DNA of 64,000 nucleotides from a bacterium (GTDB lineage Bacteria; UBA8248): NCBI GenBank assembly GCA_965213625.1, contig CBDBZU010000004.1, positions 3,392,001 to 3,456,000 of the forward strand, read 5' to 3'. Shown piece by piece: positions 59,904 to 64,000 of this stretch (position 1 is its first letter; each line of letters starts with the position of its first letter). The notes under the pieces were generated by a model. It saw only the letters and a program-made list of their open reading frames with translations, ran no database searches and was not told where the DNA came from. The position numbers and the translations under genes were made by a program.

Positions 59904-60632
59904 ATGAACGCGAAAAAAAGACCATCCACACAAGGTGCGGGCGCCGCGGGTGACAAACCCCTCGCCTGGCCGGGGGATCCCGAATCGCTGACGCCCGAAG
60001 GTGTCGACTTTGAGGCCGTGGCCCACGTGCTCGCCAACACCTGCAGGAGGGGTGGGCGGCTGAGGCGCTATCACTCGATCGCGGCGCACGGGGTCGCGAT
60101 GAGCGAGGCTATAGAGTACCTGGCCGCTACTGCAGGCGGCGACGTGAAGGAGGCGGCGCTCCTCGCCCTGCTTCACGAGGCGGCCGTCGCGTGGCTGGGC
60201 CCAAGCGCCGCTCCCTACAGGCGTCAGGCGGACAGGCCGGGACGACTTGCTGCGAAAGTGGAACGCGCCGTCCGGGAAGCGGCGGGGCTCGAAGCAGAGC
60301 CGAAAGCCGAGCAGGTCGAGCTTCTGTGCTTCATCGCCCGGATGGCCGAGGCCGCGGAAGCGCGCGACCTGAGCGGCCCGGAAGAAAATGACGCCCTCCT
60401 CTTCCCGCCGCTGGACAGAAGAATCAGACCCATTCCCCCCGCCCGGGCGGCGAAACTCTGGCTCGAGCGCCTGAACGATCTCGGGAAACCGCCGGGCGCG
60501 GCTGGAAGCGAAGAGGCGATTCACTCTCATGAGGCCGGTGAAGGAAATCACCCGGCGAAACAGGAGAAGCTGCATGTCACGCAAGCGCAAACGGCGCAAA
60601 GCCCGGCGGAAGGTTCGCGCGATGCGGCCTGA
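59904..60632 (+). CDS. degenerate HD-domain (YfbR/YfdR-like) protein
   Basis: AHVLANTCR.GG….HSIAAH…ALLHEAA.AWLG. Confidence 0.6.
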   Translation: MNAKKRPSTQGAGAAGDKPLAWPGDPESLTPEGVDFEAVAHVLANTCRRGGRLRRYHSIAAHGVAMSEAIEYLAATAGGDVKEAALLALLHEAAVAWLGPSAAPYRRQADRPGRLAAKVERAVREAAGLEAEPKAEQVELLCFIARMAEAAEARDLSGPEENDALLFPPLDRRIRPIPPARAAKLWLERLNDLGKPPGAAGSEEAIHSHEAGEGNHPAKQEKLHVTQAQTAQSPAEGSRDAA

Positions 60633-60852
60633 GCCGAGGCGCTTCATCCGGGTGTACGAGGACACGGACGCCGTGTTCCGCGCTGCGATCGCTTCGGGCG
60701 CGCTCTCGGCCGACGCAGGTGAGCGCCTCTATGCGGGCCGGTTCCACTACATGTTCCATGACGAGGAGGGAACGGCGTGGTTCAGGCGTCATGACGCCGC
60801 GGAGTGGGTCGAGATGGATGATGCGCTTTGCGCCGCGGGGGAGCGGCCATGA
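60622..60852 (+). CDS. hypothetical protein
   Basis: Overlaps both neighbouring genes within the tra operon. Confidence 0.5.
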   Translation: MRPEPRRFIRVYEDTDAVFRAAIASGALSADAGERLYAGRFHYMFHDEEGTAWFRRHDAAEWVEMDDALCAAGERP

Positions 60853-61235
60853 ACGGGGTTTCCGGGTTCGCTGCCACGCTCCTGCTCGCGGCGGGCGTCG
60901 CCGCCGCCGTCTCGGCCGGGACAGTGAGGTTCGCCCCCGGAAAACCACATCGTATCGCGAGCGTGCGTCTCTCGAGCCTCACGGCGGATTTTATTGCGAA
61001 AACCCATCGCCAGGGGGGAAACAACGAGGAGGCCCTGGCCACCGCCCGCGACTGGGGAGCAAGACTGGAGAGGGCGCTCGCGAAAGTGGCGGCGCGGCGT
61101 GGCGTCGTGCTGCTCACCACGGGCGCCGTCGCCGCGGGCGCGGAGGATTTGACGACCGAGGTCGAGGTGGCGATGGCGGAACTCGCCTCCGGGACATCAC
61201 CGAGCAGGGAGAAGAATAATGCTGATGACCGATGA
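60849..61235 (+). CDS. trbI: TrbI (F-type)
   Basis: N-terminal TM, VVLL…AVAAGA.DLT; position after traC. Confidence 0.75.
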   Translation: MNGVSGFAATLLLAAGVAAAVSAGTVRFAPGKPHRIASVRLSSLTADFIAKTHRQGGNNEEALATARDWGARLERALAKVAARRGVVLLTTGAVAAGAEDLTTEVEVAMAELASGTSPSREKNNADDR

Positions 61236-61773
61236 TGCCGTGAAGGGCCGCACCAACCCCCGGGGCTTCAGGCTGCTCGTCTGTATGGCCGTGCTCTCGG
61301 GCCTTTGGCTCGCCGCGGCCTCGCGCGTCCACGTGAACGCGAGTACATCGGACGGCGCGTGGGGGTATTTCGCGCTGCCGATGTTGGGGGCGCCCGGGCG
61401 CGGCGACCTCGTCCTCTTCGACCCGCCCGAAGACTTAGGCTCCCCGATTCCCTACATGAAGCGCGTCCTCGGCCTGCCGGGAGACAGCGTGGCGGTGGAC
61501 TCCGGGCGCCGCGTCTTCGTGAGGGGAGAATTTATCGGGATCGCCAAGCGGCGCGCGCTGAAGGGCCGCGCCCTGGAAGCGATAGGGCCCGGCGTCATCC
61601 CGCCGGGCCGCTACTACGTCCACGCCGATCACACAGACAGCCACGACAGCCGGTACCGGGAGATCGGGCTCGTGCCGCACGAGCGCATCCGGGCCCGCGC
61701 CCTCCCGCTTCCCGACATCCCCTGGCTGGGTATCGAAGGACCCCTCGCTAAGCCTGAGGAGGCGCGGCCATGA
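61219..61773 (+). CDS. conjugative S26 peptidase (TrhF/TraF-type)
   Basis: NASTS, KRVLGLPGD, DSHDSRY..IGLV. Confidence 0.88.
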   Translation: MLMTDDAVKGRTNPRGFRLLVCMAVLSGLWLAAASRVHVNASTSDGAWGYFALPMLGAPGRGDLVLFDPPEDLGSPIPYMKRVLGLPGDSVAVDSGRRVFVRGEFIGIAKRRALKGRALEAIGPGVIPPGRYYVHADHTDSHDSRYREIGLVPHERIRARALPLPDIPWLGIEGPLAKPEEARP

Positions 61774-62429
61774 GACGGATTCCACTCAGTTCAATTCTTA
61801 TAGTGGCCGTGATTGCTTTCCTGACAGGTGCCGCTGCGGCGAAGGACCTTGGCGTCCGCGGGGCCGTCTGGCCGGTTGAAGAACCCGACCTGCTCACGGA
61901 GATCGAGAAGAAACTGAAGGCAATGGAGGTTTCCGGTGAACTCGCCCGTTTGCGCCGCGAAGCCGTGGAAACAGCCCGCAAGCAGATAGAGGCGCCGCCC
62001 CGCGTCGGCGGCATCAAGCCTGCGAGTGAACGCAGGAGCCGGCTTTTCGATCCGTCGGTCGAGGTTGAACGGGACGCCTTTGCGCCAGACGGAGCGCTGA
62101 TTGCGGCCCGGGGAACGCGGATCAATCCCCTCGAAAAACACCCCCTGACCCGCGATCTCCTGTTCATCGACGCGACGCGCCCGGTCGAGGTCGAATGGGC
62201 GATTGCCCGCAGGAAACCCGCCGTGATCGTTTTGCTCGCGGGCCGTCCGCTGGAGTTGATGAGAGCGCACGGGCGGGCGTTTTTCTTCGACCAGGGCGGG
62301 CGGTTCGCGAGGCGTTTCGGGGTGCGCGCGACACCCTCGCTGATCGAGACCGAGGGAGCGTTCCTGCGTATCACGGAGATCCCCCTCGAAGACGAAAAGC
62401 AACCCAAATCCAAAGGAAACCTTCCATGA
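61770..62429 (+). CDS. traW: TraW
   Basis: DLG..G.VWPV.EPD, FDPS, GTRINPL, FFDQGG. Confidence 0.93.
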   Translation: MRRIPLSSILIVAVIAFLTGAAAAKDLGVRGAVWPVEEPDLLTEIEKKLKAMEVSGELARLRREAVETARKQIEAPPRVGGIKPASERRSRLFDPSVEVERDAFAPDGALIAARGTRINPLEKHPLTRDLLFIDATRPVEVEWAIARRKPAVIVLLAGRPLELMRAHGRAFFFDQGGRFARRFGVRATPSLIETEGAFLRITEIPLEDEKQPKSKGNLP

Positions 62430-63427
62430 AGCGCCGCTATATTTTTGTTCCTGTCATTCTTCTTTTCTTGAGCCTCTGGGCCGGGAAAGCGTCGGCGCAA
62501 TCGTGCACGGGGCGTTTCGTGAATCCCGTGACGGACGTTTGCTGGGAGTGCCTGTTTCCGATATCGATAGGACCGATACGTATCGGAAGCGCAACAGGAG
62601 CGCCGGACACGCCCAACCCGGGCTCCCCGATCTGCTTCTGCGGGAGTCCCATCCCACGGATCGGCCTCTCGCTGGGCGTCTGGGAGCCCGCGCGTCTTAT
62701 CGACGCGAGCCGCGCGCCCTGGTGTTTCCCGAACCTGGGCGGACTCACCATCGACGGTGGACTCCCCGCCGGACGAGGGAGAACGGGCGCATCGGGCGGG
62801 GATGGCGCTCAGGGCTCCACCTGGCACGTCCACTACTACGTCTACCCCCTGCTCTCGTGGATCGGGGCTTTGATCGATCTCGGCTGTCTCGAAGGCGGCG
62901 GTCTCGACATCGCCTGGATATCCGAACTCGACCCCACCTGGCGCGACGATGAGCTCTCGTTTCTGCTGAACCCCGAAGCCGCGCTCTTCGCGGACCTCCC
63001 CGCCCAGGCGGCGTGCGCCGCGGACTGCGCGGCGGCGTCCGCAGGACTCCCGCTCGATCCCTTGTACTGGTGCGCGGGCTGCCAGGGCGCGATGTACCCC
63101 CTGACCGGCAACGTGGGCGCCCACGTGGGCGGCGTGCAGGCATCTCTCCTCGCCGCGCAAAGGCTCCTCTTCCGCCTGCACCGAGGGCTTCTAGCATGGG
63201 GCACGTCGGGCTCGGCCGCCCTTTGCGGCCGCTACCCCATGCCCATCATGAAGAAATCACAGTACCGCTGGCAGATGACCCAGCCGGTCCCCGCCACCTC
63301 GGCGCTCACCGGCTGCAACCCCACGGGCCGCTCCACCGTGCTCTGGGAGACGCTCAGGGAACTGCCGGTCGCGGGCGAGAACTTCGGCTATCTCCTCTGG
63401 CGCAAGCGCAACTGCTGCCTCTTGTAA
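62426..63427 (+). CDS. traU: TraU
   Basis: NPVTDVCWECLFP, WHVHYY.YP, SELDPTW.DD, WRKRNCC. Confidence 0.95.
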   Translation: MKRRYIFVPVILLFLSLWAGKASAQSCTGRFVNPVTDVCWECLFPISIGPIRIGSATGAPDTPNPGSPICFCGSPIPRIGLSLGVWEPARLIDASRAPWCFPNLGGLTIDGGLPAGRGRTGASGGDGAQGSTWHVHYYVYPLLSWIGALIDLGCLEGGGLDIAWISELDPTWRDDELSFLLNPEAALFADLPAQAACAADCAAASAGLPLDPLYWCAGCQGAMYPLTGNVGAHVGGVQASLLAAQRLLFRLHRGLLAWGTSGSAALCGRYPMPIMKKSQYRWQMTQPVPATSALTGCNPTGRSTVLWETLRELPVAGENFGYLLWRKRNCCLL

Positions 63428-63437
63428 GGATTTTGAT

Positions 63438-64000
63438 ATGGGCAGACATCAGATACATGCGACCACAACCATAGCCTTGCTTGTTTGCGCCTTTCTGACA
63501 GCGGGGTGGGCCGCTCCGGCCGATTCCCAGGAGAAGCCCTCGGAGGCGGCGAAAAAGATAGTGGGTCATGTCCTGAAGAAAGAAGAAAAATCCCCCTTGA
63601 AGGACCTGAACGCATGGTCGCGCTCCGTGCTCGAACGCGCTCTGGAGCGCACCGGGAAAAACACCCCGGAAACCCCGGCCCCCCTCCCGGCGGAAAGCCG
63701 CGCCGGGAGCCTGGCGGAGAATCTGTCAACGCCTCCGCGAGGTCCCGAAGTCATCGTTTTCATGAGTCTATCGGTTCCCGCAGCGGCCTGGCGGGAATGG
63801 AGCCTGGAGGCGGCGCGGATCGGAGCGCCGCTGGTGCTGCGAGGAGTCGAACCCCAAGGACTCAGGGCCACCGTAAAACGCGTCGAGGCGCATCTCCAGG
63901 AAAATACCGGCGCCGCAATCGACCCGCGCCTGTTCCGGCTGTTCGGTATCAAAGCGGTTCCGGCCGTAGCGGTCGTACCGGGCGGCGTCCCGGCGTGTAA
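63438..64000 (+). CDS. trbC: TrbC (F-type pilus assembly), runs off window
   Basis: Manual translation: …VIVFMSLSVP…APLVLRG…IDPRLFRLFGIKAVPAV. Confidence 0.88.
   Translation, partial: MGRHQIHATTTIALLVCAFLTAGWAAPADSQEKPSEAAKKIVGHVLKKEEKSPLKDLNAWSRSVLERALERTGKNTPETPAPLPAESRAGSLAENLSTPPRGPEVIVFMSLSVPAAAWREWSLEAARIGAPLVLRGVEPQGLRATVKRVEAHLQENTGAAIDPRLFRLFGIKAVPAVAVVPGGVPAC

Overview
High-GC bacterial DNA in two parts. Part one (1-28 kb) is a catabolic and transport region: DMT transporters, alpha/beta hydrolases, a CoA-transferase, a TAXI-TRAP transporter, VOC proteins, a citrate synthase-aconitase-PrpF cluster, and tandem paralog pairs of MBL hydrolases, acyl-CoA synthetases and TauE exporters. 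Its intergenic spaces contain REP-like hairpins and MITE-like elements with IS1182-type ends. Part two (28-64 kb) is accessory. It starts with a giant autotransporter adhesin that carries an animal-type SRCR domain and is split from its beta-barrel by one in-frame TGA. A decaying F-type conjugative element follows (CI-like repressor, traALEKBVC-trbI-traF-traWU-trbC, with a nonsense codon in traC). Its cargo includes a truncated group II intron, duplicated mrr, a UDG-like gene, a secreted ankyrin protein, recQ, higBA, an MmeI-like pseudogene and an IS1182 remnant. The most unusual feature is an AT-rich four-unit array at about 39.8-43.0 kb. Each unit is [3' stub of a putative ADP-ribosyltransferase gene]-[intact, hypervariable 66-67 aa ORF]-[5' stub of a DUF1073-type phage portal gene]. 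I infer a bank of phage-derived immunity-like cassettes held between conserved homology arms. The eukaryote-like domains suggest a host-associated bacterium such as a sponge symbiont (inference). All family calls come from motif recognition by eye; no database searches were run.
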